From contig NC_043009.1 of the NCBI RefSeq assembly GCF_006345805.1, positions 7,936,001 through 8,000,000 of the forward strand: a stretch of 64,000 bases of DNA, in the 5' to 3' direction. This stretch comes from Octopus sinensis. Its lineage: Eukaryota. The position numbers and the translations under genes are program-made. Shown piece after piece: positions 25,699-38,951 of this stretch (its first letter is position 1; every line of letters starts with the position of its first letter). A model generated the notes under the pieces. The model was not told the DNA's origin. It saw only the letters and a list, made by a program, of their open reading frames with translations, and searched no databases.

Positions 25699-26670
25699 TT
25701 ATGAGAGATTTTCTATTTCTAGGGATTCGACACTTAGATTTGTTGCAGATCTTAATGGGGTGTGTCTTGCACATATGTTCGTGATGGTGTCTACAAGTGA
25801 CTGCCAGGACTTTTTGATGTTAGTGGGTGTGTATGTGTGCGTGAAGGACCAATCGACTTGTGCAAGATCATTATTGATCGCTTCCCAGTTTGCATTGTGG
25901 AAATCCATAGTGTCAAATGGATGAGCAGGAGGGATGACATTTGTTTTGCATTTTGGCCAGTGAAATCTCAGATCACAGAGAACCATGTCATGGTCGGAGA
26001 GTAAGGTTTTCTCCACTGCAATATTGTGGATAGTATCAGTGTGATTGCTGAAAATTAAGTCTAAGACGTTTTTGTGACATCTCGTTGGTTCGAGTACCAG
26101 TTGGGACAAGAAGAAGTCATCCATGAAGTCAAGAAGCGATTCCACTGCCTCCCTGTCAGGGGTTGAGAGAGAAGAACCTGGCGGCAGACTGTTTGTAGAC
26201 CAGTCAACCCCGGGAAGGTTGAAATCTCCCATCATTAAAATGTTGTCAGGTTGACACTGCTGAATGAAACACTTTATGCTGTTGAGGCATTCCTTGAAGC
26301 ATGGTAGGGGCGTTTGGGGTGGTCTGTAGAGCCCAACTACTGTTAAGTTGTTGGTTTGACTGAATACAGCGACTGCTTCGCAGTATCCATTCGAAAATAT
26401 GTTCATGGCTTCTGTTGAGAATGAATCATGGACATAAATGGCAGTCCCACCCTTTCTTCTGCCAACACGATCAGCACGAATGGTTTTGAAATTTTTAACT
26501 TTCACCTCGGCTTCCAAGTGGAGGTCACTAAGATGGGTTTCAGTGAGGACGAAAAAAGGGATGTGGTTTGGATGGGCCTCGACCCAATCCTCCAGGAATC
26601 TTATCTTCCATTTTGTGTATTGGTGGAAGGGCTGATGCCTTGGGCATTAAGCAGAAATGTTGAGGCGAGA
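25699..26670 (-). CDS. LINE apurinic-type endonuclease domain (one frameshift at ~26610)
   Basis: LLNAQG...[+A]KWKIRFLEDW...LTETHL, RADR-GG-IYV, VGLYRPP, MGDFN, VLDLIFSN, SDH. Confidence 0.93.
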
Positions 26671-26921
26671 GTGATGGTGGTTTTAATTGTTTTGGTGATT
26701 TGTTTATTTGATTGCTTTTTAATGGCATGTGTAGTGGGGTAATAGTGGTGGATGGCGGGGGTGATAGCTCGGATGTTTTTTTCCAGTTCTTTTGCTAGAT
26801 TCATTATAGCTAAAAAGAGGAAGAAGAGGTGGTTTTCCTGTCTAGGGAACCGCAGGTGACTGTGGCCGCGGCTATTTTTATGTGAGTGGTTATCTTTAAA
26901 TGTCCGACGAGTCCCCGGGAG

Positions 26922-27137
26922 ATGGGTAAAGGGGCAATCCCTGTGCAAGCACAATCTGTCTCGCTGGGAATAGCGGCAGATTTGGGGATTCCTTGTTTGA
27001 GATATTGGTGGTTGTGGTGATGTTGTATTATGGTGGTTGCTGTTGTAGTTTGTGGGGATAGAGCGTTTTGTTCCAGGTAAATGGATGAATTTGCAGTCTC
27101 TATCAGTGCACAGTCTATGGCGAAGAGAATATCGGCA
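26922..27137 (-). CDS. Two CCCH-type zinc fingers in the LINE N-terminal region
   Basis: CRYSLRHRLCTDRDCKFIH (27137-27081) and CRYSQRDRLCLHRDCPFTH (26978-26922), both C-x8-C-x4-C-x3-H and both followed by LPGT(K/R)R. Confidence 0.8.
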
Positions 27138-27638
27138 AATGATGGGGTTTCGAGTGGGTGTGTAGGTGCGTGTGTGTGTGTGTGCTGTGAAAGGTGTAGA
27201 TGATAGTTTGTTGAAGTTTTGGCGACCTTTGTGACCTGTAGGAGGTAAATTCCTTGAGATAGCATTAGTAGTAGTAGCTGTAGTAGTAGTATAGTATAGT
27301 AAGAGATGTTGACAGTGGTAATGATTGAGGAGTTCGATTCCAAGACAAAGATGTTTGTCGATATATAGTGGGAGTAGTACTAGTAGTAGTAAGCAGAGGA
27401 GATGGTGTTGACAATGATGATGATTGAGCTGCTGGGGCAGTGAAAGGAAGGGGTGGTGCTTCCTGCTGTGTGACCCTGATGACTGGGGGGTCAATCGTTT
27501 CATTTAGCAAATCGGCCATTGTAGATGAATCAAGGAGTGGTTCATCCTGTTGTTGTTGTTGAGGTTGTTGTTGTTGTTGTTGCGCCGGTGATGCGTTCGA
27601 AGAGAAAACACATCTCAGTTTATCGAAGTGTTTATTTA

Positions 27639-27906
27639 TTATTTAAAAGCAACTTCGAATTGTTTTAATTTATTTTGTATCTGCTGTTCAGATCGAGTTT
27701 GCAAATGGTGAACTGTTCGTTTGGCAATTTCGTTCAGACACGAAGCACCTATGCTCTCTGTTTCGGTAAGGCCATGCCATGTGTTGATAAGAACGTCGAC
27801 TTCATTATCAGACCAGTTTTTTGTTGGATTTTTGGTGGCTAGCCATTCTGGTTGATATGTTTTATTAAATTTATTTTGTTCGTTCGTTTTGTTGATTACT
27901 TTTAAT
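27639..27906 (-). CDS. Myb/SANT-like (trihelix) domain at the LINE N-terminus, absent from the ORF track
   Basis: Translation from 27815: WSDNEVDVLINTWHGLTETESIGASCLNEIAKRTVHHLQTRSEQQIQNKLKQFEVAFK, matching the W-x3-E-x3-L-x3-W ... R-S-x2-Q-x3-K-x-K pattern. One extra A at 27642-44 joins it to the polyQ frame. Confidence 0.7.
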
Positions 27907-28113
27907 TATTATTATTTTTTTTTTTTTTAAGGAGAAGTATGTAGAATTGATTGTACAGAATGTTTGTTGTAATACTGAGAAGTTTGTATTTGAATTATGA
28001 GCTTGTAGTTATTTTATCTTTCTTTTCTTTTCTTTTTTTTTTTTTTCCTCTTTTTCTAATTTTTAATGTGTGGGTGATCCTTTAGTTATCAGAAGGGTTT
28101 GAAATATTTGAGA

Positions 28114-28121
28114 ATATATAT

Positions 28122-28154
<33 letters not shown>

Positions 28155-29538
28155 GTGTGTATATATATATATATGTGGTATATATATGTGTGTATATATA
28201 TGTGTGTATATATATGTGTATATATATATGTGTATATATATATATGTAATATATATATGTATATATATATATAGTATATATATATGTATATATATATGTA
28301 TATATATATGTTATATATATATTATATCTATATGTATAGTATGTATATGTATATATATATGTATATATATATATGTGTATAATATATATGTTGTGTTATA
28401 TATTGTATATATATATGTGTATATATATATGTGTATATATATATGTATGTATTATGTATATGGTATATGTATATGTGTATAGTATATGTATGTTATATAT
28501 ATATGTGTAGTATATATGTGTATAATATAATTTATATGTATATGTATATGTAAATGGATAGTATATGTATATGTATATATGTATATGTATATATGTATAT
28601 GTATATATGTATATGTATATATGTATATGTGTATATGTTATATGTATATGTATATATGTAATAGTGTATAGTAATGTGTATATGTATATGTGTATATGTA
28701 TATGTGTATATGTATATGTGTTAATGTATATGTATATATGTATATGTGTATATGTATATGTGTATATGTATATGTGTATATGTATATGTGTATATGTTAT
28801 ATGTGTATATGTATATGTGTATATGTATATGTGTATATGTATATGTGTTAATGTATATGTGATATATATATGTGTATATATATATGTGTATATATATATA
28901 TGTTATATATATATGTGTTATATATATGTGTATATATAGTGTGTATATATATGTGTATATATTATGTATATATATATGTATATATATATGTGTATATATT
29001 GTGTATATATATTATATATGTATATATATATATGTATATATATGTATGTATATATATATGTATATATATGTATGTATATATTATATGATATATAGTATAT
29101 ATATAGTATGTATATATATATATGTATATATATATATGTATATATATATATGTATATATATATATTTATATATATATATATGTATATATTATATATATGT
29201 ATATATATATATATATGTAAATATATATATAATATATATATATATATGTATGTATATGTATGTATATGTATATGGTATGTATATGTATGTATATGTTAAT
29301 TATGTATATGTATATATATGTATATGTATATATATGTATATAATATTATATGTATATATATTAATGTATATATTATATATATATATGTATATATGTATAT
29401 ATATATATATGTATATATTATATAAGATATATATATGTATATATGTATATGTTGTATATGTATAAATGTGTATATGTATATGTGTATATATGTATATGTG
29501 TAATATGTGTATGTATATATGTGTATATGTATATATAT
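28114..29538. repeat. Compound TA-rich microsatellite, ~1.4 kb, flanking the LINE 5' end
   Basis: Degenerate (TA)n/TATG tract. Confidence 0.97.
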
Positions 29539-30674
29539 GAAAGTTTAACGACTGACATTTACTTGCCTGAAAATAAATGTTCATTGATTAATTTAGTGCT
29601 GTCCTATATAAACATTTAGATCAATCTTACAATTAAAAAAAAAATAATAGATACACATTAAAGATATTTTTACTTTGGGAAAAACATTTACTTTTAATAT
29701 ATATATATCTTGTTTTGTATATTAAGTGTAGTTAAAATTTAAGAAGTAAAATCAACATTGTTCTAGTTCTTTTTTTTCTTTGCACTTTTATTTCCATTTT
29801 ATATATACACATGATTGCATTCATGCACACTGATATGCATACGTGCATATTTATACATTCATGCATACACACGAAAACATTTATATATCATATATTTTAA
29901 AGAAAAAACAATGTTTTCTTTCATTATTTTCAAAATTGAATTTTGCTTGATTTATCAACATCATGCCAAAAATGAACTAAAAATTGATATATATATTACA
30001 TATATTTCAGATACTGTTAACCTGTGTCCACTCTATCATATTTATCTGATATATTTTGATGATTTCAAGAAATTAGATCTGACCTTTCTCTAGAAATATA
30101 GTTAGTTCTAGTATGTAAAAAAAAAAACAACAACCCAAAACAAAACAAACAACTCTTAAATCAGACCACAAAAATATTTTATTTTTTACCTTCAATTCAA
30201 GAATTGTATAGCTAGACAGTTTTTATTATTATTGTTGCATTTCTTTTTATTTACGTAATAAAGCAAAAACAGAATTAAAATGGAAAATATATAAAAAAGA
30301 ATATTCTTGTAAAACTTTTGAAGAATTTTGAAGATCAATAGAAAGTTAGATCCGATTTCTGCTAGATGATGCAGAGTGTTTGTATTTGTGGAATAAACAT
30401 AGATATATGTTGGTAGGATCGAAATGTAATAAAATAGAATAGTTTTCCTTTTGTGGAATAATAGAACAGATATATGTTGAAATTAGACTAGTTTGTAGTA
30501 ACATAAACAAGGATAATGAAGTATGTTTGGTAACTGATATCAGCTGCATAGAAAAAAAACTCCTTTGAAATTGGTGCACGAGGTATGGTAGAGACATGCA
30601 ATATGCCTTCCTATTGGTACAGAACTGCTGTTACACATCACACACACCACACACACACATTGTAGATAACATTG

Positions 30675-31050
30675 AAAAGAAAGCCATTTGACTGATTGGC
30701 AAATATTCACTCACCAATACACTATATAATCTCTGGTCCGCAGATGCCCTTCTCTCTCTCTCTCTCTCTCCTCACTCTTTGTAATCTATCACTACTGCAA
30801 TGGTGTCCGTTCCTTTGAATTAGCTAATTGTATACCACTTCCAACCCGACCATACCAGTACACTTGTCTCTTCTGCTCTAATGGCCCCCACCTCCCCTGT
30901 TTCCTCTCTTGGGTTCTATAGTAACCACTTTGTTCAGTTCTCCCCTGTCCTTTCAGAATGTTAACCCTTCTGAAATTCCATCCCTACTCAGAAATACCCT
31001 ATGGATATTGACTTAATGATGCCCAAGCTGGACATAAACTATATTGATTT
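30675..31050 (+). pseudogene. Decayed 3' fragment of a LINE RT C-terminus (CR1-Zenon/Jockey-like)
   Basis: Broken translation KAI*LIG...IYHYCNGVRSFELANCIPLP resembles the KAIRLI...LFYRYYxGxCSxEL tail of such LINEs. Confidence 0.45.
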
Positions 31051-32597
31051 CACCATTCTTGGTGGACTTGGGAAGGTTACAGTTACAACCCCTTAATTTT
31101 AATTGAATTATTAAAAAAAACAACAAAACAAAACTTTACCATGTTTACCCCTGTTTTAGAATAGATAGACCATGTTACTGCATAGCAAAAGGGATGGCTA
31201 GAAGGGCTGGTTATAGGAAGTGCATCTAAGTGTATAACTATCTCAACAAACAAGTTCAACTCATGCCAGCATGGAAAAGCAGGCATAACAGAATGACATG
31301 AGACAGCAGTGATGCTGACAATGACATGCTTTGGATATTTGTTGGGAGTTGTTTGCATAACATGGAAGGGGTACATTTTGTCAATTGAATAGCATAAACA
31401 CCAGTAATATAATGGAATAAAATGATAAATCAATAATAAATGCATCATCATCACCATCATCGTCATTTTAATGTCCACTTTTCCATGCTTGCATAGGTTA
31501 GGGTTTGATACAGATTTTATGTGGCCGGATGCCCTTCTTGAACCAAATCTCACCTATTTCCAAGCAAGGTAGTATTTTCCTGTGACAAGATATGTTTTTG
31601 CAGAATATTGGAAATGAACAATCCCTCTTGTATAACAGCAACAATCATTTTAGAACTCTCACATGATGTGAAAACAAGGAGATATAAACATACTCACACA
31701 CATGTATGTATGTATGGTAGGCTTCTTTCAGTTTCTGTCTATCAAATCCACTCAGAAGGCTGAGTTATTTAAGTTATAATCTTCAGCATTAATGTTTCTT
31801 ATCTAGTCCAATACTGCTACAGTTAAGACATATAACTATCCTAGTCTCTGTTCAATAGCTGTAGATAACTACCATGGGGAGGCACAGCTGCTGTTAGAGA
31901 TAGTCAACCCGAAAGAAAACTTTACATGGATCAAAATTTATCGTAGCTTGATTTATTACTAACCATTTCTACAATATCGTGGATGAGATGGCTGATATCT
32001 TGGATTAGTCATTTAGAAATCAAAACAAGTCTGTGTTGAGCTGCAACAAGAGTTCTTTATCTTGGTGAGCAATTTGGTCAGGATTTTTCATTCAGCAGAG
32101 TTGTGAGCTTGAAATTAACAATGATGTCCTACTTGTTTGTGTCAGTCTTCAGCTACCGTACCGTACCGTCAGTTCCGTCATTAATACAACGAGGAATACA
32201 CTTGGTCTGCTGCTAGTTATGTGAGACATACTTTCAGCGAAATCTGTCTCGAATATTCTCATTAATTTGTTGGAGTGAGATGGAAACTATAAGCTGTAAG
32301 TATTGTTATCAACAATCAAATCAAACACGGTACTCATGGTGATGATGCTTAGTTGATTAATTTAACCAGTACTGGCTGTGGATTTCAGAACAAATATTAT
32401 AGCATAAATATGATATACTCTGTTCTTACACACTGTATATGTTTGTGTGTATGAGTATATATTTGTGTGTATATGTATATTTGTATGTGTATATGTGTGT
32501 GTGCATCTATTATATATCTATGTATAAAATATATATATATGCATTTCTTTGTGTATATATGTGTATGTGCATCTCTCTATATATGCATGTATGCATT

Positions 32598-32638
<41 letters not shown>

Positions 32639-32767
32639 ATGTGCATCTATCTATCTATCTATATATATATATAGCATGTGTGCATTTCTTAGTATGCATC
32701 TATCTGTATGCATGTGTGCTTGAATGTACATATATATATAATGCATGTGTGCATTTGTGTGTGTTTG

Positions 32768-32806
<39 letters not shown>

Positions 32807-33554
32807 ATACATACATACACACACACACACACATTCCATGATATTTCACTATTTTTATTTTATATAAGTGTGATAATGTTAAACATCAAAAGTCTTAATT
32901 TCTGCTTGACCTTTCAGTAATGAATGGCATCCTTAACAAAGTACGTATATTTATATGGTCACCTGACCTGCTTAAAATAGCAGTTAGTTAGATCTCCCTC
33001 AAATCTATTCCTTCTATCTGGAAAAAAATAAAATAGAATAAAATAAAAGCTCCATTGGATAATATAATTCTTATATAAAAAATACAGGATGGTCATGGTT
33101 GGAATAACTGTGGTCTAGTCATTACTGCTACACTTAGTATCTCTGTCTTAAACATGAAGTTGTCTTTGAGTCTGTTCAATAGCTGTAGATAGGTACCATG
33201 AGAAGGTACAGCTGCTAGTTAATGTTAGTCAACCTTGCTTGATCAGGTTGACCTGTGGTTAAACAATAAGCAATTACCTCTGTTGCCATGTAAGGAGGGA
33301 CGAGATGGAAGTTGTGGTATTCATACTTTTCCAAAGGCATTAATGATGTAAAAGAAGCGAGGTGGTTTCACATAGAAACAGATAATACAGTGGAGACCAG
33401 GCACTGAGAGCAGTATTTGTTACCATGTAGCCATTGTCTTGCTCCACCATGTATGTCATATGTTACTGACATTAACAATAAAACCATACTAGATAATGCC
33501 ATAGCATTTTGTACTATGCTGAATTATCATATTATTGAATAAATAAACCATCAT

Positions 33555-33860
33555 GGCTCTCGTGTCATCATCACCATTGTCATGTGATCATTGCCATCAT
33601 CACCACCACCACTACCATCATCACTGTCATCATCATCCCCAGCATATAATTATCAATTGTCTGTCATCATTATTACTATCATCATCATCACAGCTATCAT
33701 CACTATTATCACCATCTTTATCACCACCACCAACAACAACAACATGATGATCATCTTGCCATTATCATTATTGCACCACCACCACCACCATCAGTATTAC
33801 CACCTCCATCATCACCATTGTATCTCTAACACTATAATAATAGTCATCATCACCATTTCC
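33555..33860. repeat. Degenerate (CAT/CAC)n trinucleotide tract
   Basis: Direct inspection; source of the spurious polyHis ORFs. Confidence 0.9.
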
Positions 33861-34811
33861 CTTCTTACAATCACCAGGAACAGGATTATTCATGTCAATA
33901 CTTAGTGCATCCCTCCATATTCTGAGAGATAATATCCCTACTTAAACATGGATGTTCTGTTGGAACAAACTATACTGCAGTAAATATCATGAGAGAAACT
34001 CTCCTATTGGCATTTTGGTGCAAAAGGCATGCTTGTTTACATTACTAGGAGGGGGATAAATCACCTCCGTCACTGAGACTACTAGATCACGTGATTTTGA
34101 CCTTCCTTGGTCCCGTCAATGATGGATGCTCGACTGCTAGAGATAGCAGTAACTTATCCCTCTGCCAGTGGTATATAGAATAACTGGCCTGTCTAAAATA
34201 TGCCGAGAGCAACTAAACGATTCTGCATGTACTTGTTCAGTGGTTAAGCTGTTCTTGACTTAATGGAATTATGTGAAACTGTTTTGTAAGATAGATCTGG
34301 TTATCATCTGAGTCTGTCATGAGAATCACCCTGCTGCTGCCTTCTGGTTAAGGGGAGCAGGCAACTTTCAACTGTCTTCTTAGTGTAGTGATTGACATTG
34401 CATGTGAACAACTTTGAAAGCATTGAGGACAGACATTTTTCTCTTTATCCAAGCCCACATCAACTTCAGGTTCCATTTGGAGCAGAAAGTGAAAAGAGAT
34501 GATGGTGTTGCCCTACAGTGAATATCCTGAAAGATAAAGAGTGATAAGAATGGCTAGCATGAACAATCCTTCTCTCAGCATACATCTGTAGGCCACACGA
34601 TGCAGCTAAGAAAAGCACTTGCCTTCAGTAGTCAGATTAATCATAGATCTATGGGGTTTCTTGATAAGCTGAAGATGGCTGTTCTCCTGTTGGCATGTTT
34701 CATGTAATTCCTTTTGTATTCTACTGTTTTCCATTCCTATTTTCTCATCATTGATTCTGTGAAAACCTCTGCTACTACTACTGCTATTATTATTAATATT
34801 ATTATTATTAT

Positions 34812-35270
34812 TGAGTGAGAGAGCAGTTCATGCCATCAAAGTGACACTGGGGTAAAATATACAAAGCCCAATATACCCATCATGACTACCCGTCTGATAA
34901 GGGTACACCAGGCACATCCATCACAACCATATGTAAGTGACATGGTGATCTCATATCAAGACAAACAGCACATGACCTTGCAGGTGGGGCCCAGTTAGAA
35001 TTTTCTTCAGGTTGAGTAGCCCATCCCACTCAAAAGGTCCCTGAATAAGGGTTGCCCAAGGATGTTGAAAGAACCATCCATGTTTCCAGAGGTGAACTAT
35101 TCAAACCCCAAAGAATCCCTCTCAACACATGGCTATGATGCTCACCCACTACTTCTGCTCGTGATCAGAGATGCACATATCATCAGCCACTAAGGGACAT
35201 GCTCAACTGGTTAAGGTCAAACAACTGACAAGCAAATCTGTGGTATTGAGCAGAATATTTGCTGTAGCCC
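34812..35270. mobile_element. Probable dispersed repeat inserted in an (ATT)n microsatellite
   Basis: A higher-complexity block bounded on both sides by (ATT)n. Family not determined. Confidence 0.35.
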
Positions 35271-38200
35271 ATATTATTATTATTATTATTAAAAGATCAC
35301 CATTGTTATATTTGTTTAGGGTTCTTTCATTTTCTAACTTCACATTTCACCAATGTCAACTTCACCTCTCATCCTTTCAGAGTTGATAAACTAAGGTACC
35401 AATCTAATACTGGAGATGAGTTAATTAACTAAACCCTCTTCCAGAATGTACTACTTTGTAACAATGTTGGACATCTTTATTTATATTATTGCAAGAGCTG
35501 CAGACAGTAGAAATGATTGAACACTGGACAAAGGCCTTTCAGTGTTTAGCAATATCTATTGTGGAATTTTGAGATTGTTGGCTATCATGTAAAGAGTGTC
35601 TAGATTCTTAAAGAATTTTCAGAAAAGTGACATTTTCATTCTGTTGGAAAGGCAATATAAATATTTATGTCATGACTAATTTGATATAGGGAGAAAAGTT
35701 TTCAGCTTCATGTCTGCAACGTTGATTACAAAAATAAGTGATGCCTAAATAATTATAGATATACTTTGCATTCAAAGGTAATCACATAAAACATTTTGCA
35801 CACACTTACACACACACACACATATACACACACACATACTTTCACAAGTATACACAATTTATATATGTAGATGCACATATATGGATGCATGATCACATGC
35901 ATACACATTCACAAACATATTCATAGTCATATACGCATATATATCCATACATTTATGTAGACATGCTCATGAACACACATAACCACATATGTACACTTGC
36001 ATACATAAACTCTTGATTGCATGCTCATTCACTCACACTTGCATATGGACACACACACACACACATGCACATACATATACTCATAAATACTTGCACTCAC
36101 TCACACACAGACAAATATGCACATGCTCTCTTTGTTCATGAGGTCCTTTAATTCTCACTTTCTCAAGTACAATTAAACATTGGACCATAAGTGCTCACTC
36201 AATGGTTTCTCAAGTGCAGGATATTAATTCAGTGTACACAGGACTGAAATATATATGTATTTCAATGATTGTTTCCTCTAGCAAAATCCATTGTCATGAT
36301 GCCAACAGTTTCACCATAACTAACTCTAGCGTTGGTTTACATAACTCATGAGTGGGAGGTTTGTTTTTAATTTGGTATTGGCATTCTGCTAGATGGGTTT
36401 CTTGCCAACATCAAATGAGTCCTACTTAACTACCTGTATACCTGGAAATTGTAGGTTTTACAGTCTGTATCTGGAAGATATTTGACAGAAAACAGATTAT
36501 CTGCCTCCCTTTGTGTGTATACACACACACACACACACATCATGCGTGCATGCATGGAAGTGCACACATGCACATATATAGACATACACATAATAAAGTT
36601 GATAGAAGTTATCACTAGGTGGTTGATCAACCTGCTAGAAGCAACAGCCAAATTACTATTAAATTGCAATCTAATCTACTATCTTTACAAAAAAGAAAAA
36701 GAAAAGATATATTAGATAAAGTAGCTCTAAACACAAAATATCTGAAAATACAATGAGCTGGGCATAGCTGGAGTGTCTATGATAATTACAGGCAACATGA
36801 AACCAGTGAGATTTATGTGCTTAATGTTACTTTTGAAAAGTTGTAAGTCAGTGGCTGTGAATAGAACATGGATAGGGAAGGAATTAGATTTTTGCATGGA
36901 AACGCTTGCCAGACATATTTTCTTCTCATATCTCTTGCTTGCGAAACAACCACGCACACACATACACACACACATGGTGGCAATGGATCTTCAAATATCT
37001 AGCATTCCACTGCACATGTACCCTTAATATAAATCTTAGGCAGAATCAGCATGATAGAATGTGTGTGACAAGGTTGTAACTTTTTAATTACAAGTACACT
37101 TCACTCTGTAGGCTTTTAAACAGTTTCCATCATCCTGATTTCACTCTCAATCTATGGGTCAGCCTGTGGCTATAGAAAATGACATTTTCCCAAGATGCCA
37201 TTCAGGGACATTGAACCCAGGTCCTTGTCGTAATGAAGCAAACATTTTAGATATTTAGTCATATTGTGCTTACTATATATCTATATGCATAAAACAGAGT
37301 TTGTGTGTCTGTGTGTGGTGCATATGTTCGTTAAGGATTCGAAAACTGAGTTGCCAGTTTTGACATATGGGGTATCAAAAGATTCAGTAATCTTTTGGCT
37401 ACCAAATGAAGTATGTTTTTTGCACAACTCCTCTTTTTTACTACAAAAATAACCTCAAAAACAAGGTCAGGTCGCACAATTTTGAGGTCATTTGGCGGCA
37501 ATATTTGGATTTGCTTCAAATCTATGTTGCCAATTCTAATGTTTTTGGTGTCAGAAAATGCAGTAATGTACAAAGAGTGTTATGAGTGCATTTGTGATGC
37601 ACAAAACTGTATTTGTCAACAGAAAATGACCAAAAAACATGCATTTTTGGAACAATTATTGACATATTTTCCATCAATAATTGCTTTGTGCTACAACTAA
37701 ACTGCCAATGTGAATGTCTTCTGTATTCTACAATTAAACAATGTCTTTGAAGTATTGTGATACCATTTCTTTGCACAAATCCTTATTTTTCAACAGAAAA
37801 TTGACTAATGAACCATGTTTCTGGCATAATTGTGATCGCTTCTGGCATTACTACTGCAAACAATTTTTTCATGTAGATTTTCTTGGTAGCAAATGACTCA
37901 GGAATGCCAAACAAGTGTTCTCAGGTTTAAATTCAATAAAATTTCCCTAAGGATGAAGCAGAATAAGAGCCAATATTCATTCAAGTGTGGTAAAGACATG
38001 AAGCAATGACTAAAACCTTTCAAGCTTTTTTGCATTTAACATTTTTCTCTTTATTCAACCCAATTTATGCAAAGTTTACTACAGTCTCCCTATTTTTCAC
38101 AGTGGTTGAGCATCTACTATAATGCAGGTGGTGTGATGCAAAACAAATGTCTGACCTGATAACCTCAGTGAAGACAACAACAACACTGTGCATCTATGCG

Positions 38201-38394
38201 AGGGCAAATTAAGGTAACATAAACATGAGTCTGCCTACAGTGCGTGTCTCTTCATTGCTTGGGATGCACAGTGTGTTTCCTTATCAAAGACATGTACTGC
38301 AATACTAGTTGGTTGTGGTGTTATTGTTATCAATGACCCAGGCAATGCTGGAGTGCATTGTATGTGGTGCATATGTTCTGCTTGAACTGAAAAT

Positions 38395-38487
<93 letters not shown>

Positions 38488-38488
<1 letters not shown>

Positions 38489-38866
38489 GTGCTGGAGTGG
38501 CTTTGTGGCAAGTAGCTTGCTTACCAACCACATGGTTCTGGGTTCAGTCCTGCTGTGTGGCTTTGTGGCAGTAGCTTCTACTATGGCCTCAGGCCAACCA
38601 AAGCCTTGTGAGTGGATTTGGTAGATGGAAACTGAAAGAAGTCTGTCATATATATATGTGTATGTTTGTGTCTCTGTTTATCCCCCCATTATCACTTGAC
38701 AACCTACGTTGGTGTGTTTACATCCCTGTAACTTAGCAGTTTCACAAAAGAGACTGATAGAATAAGTAGTAGGCTCACAAAAGAACAAGTCCTATGGTTG
38801 ATTTCTTTGACTAAAGGTGATAGTCCAGTGTGGCCGCAGTCAAATGACTGAAACCAGTAAAAGAAT
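38488..38866 (+). mobile_element. CORE-type tRNA SINE, near full length
   Basis: Head GGAGTGGCTTTGTGGCAAGTAGC, B box GGTTCAGTCC, tail CAAATGACTGAAACCAGTAAAAGAATA. Confidence 0.85.
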
Positions 38867-38951
38867 ACACACACACGCGCACACACACACTACAATGTGG
38901 CTGTAGGTCATAACACCTGGGTAATGCTGGGGTGCTTTGCTAGTATATATA

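Larger units (their letters stand above)
23639..28113 (-). mobile_element. Apparently full-length APE-RT non-LTR retrotransposon (CR1-group-like; clade not determined)
   Basis: Bounded by TA microsatellites on both sides. Contains the endonuclease and RT ORFs, a 3' UTR hairpin (plus strand TGGCCAGTATTGGCC) and a 3' terminal (TTCTAAGTTA)2. Confidence 0.93.

Noticed and set aside
24168-26742. Plus-strand ORFs overlapping the LINE (and 59687-60496 over the RTE)
   Set aside because: Antisense shadows of real coding frames; no motifs.
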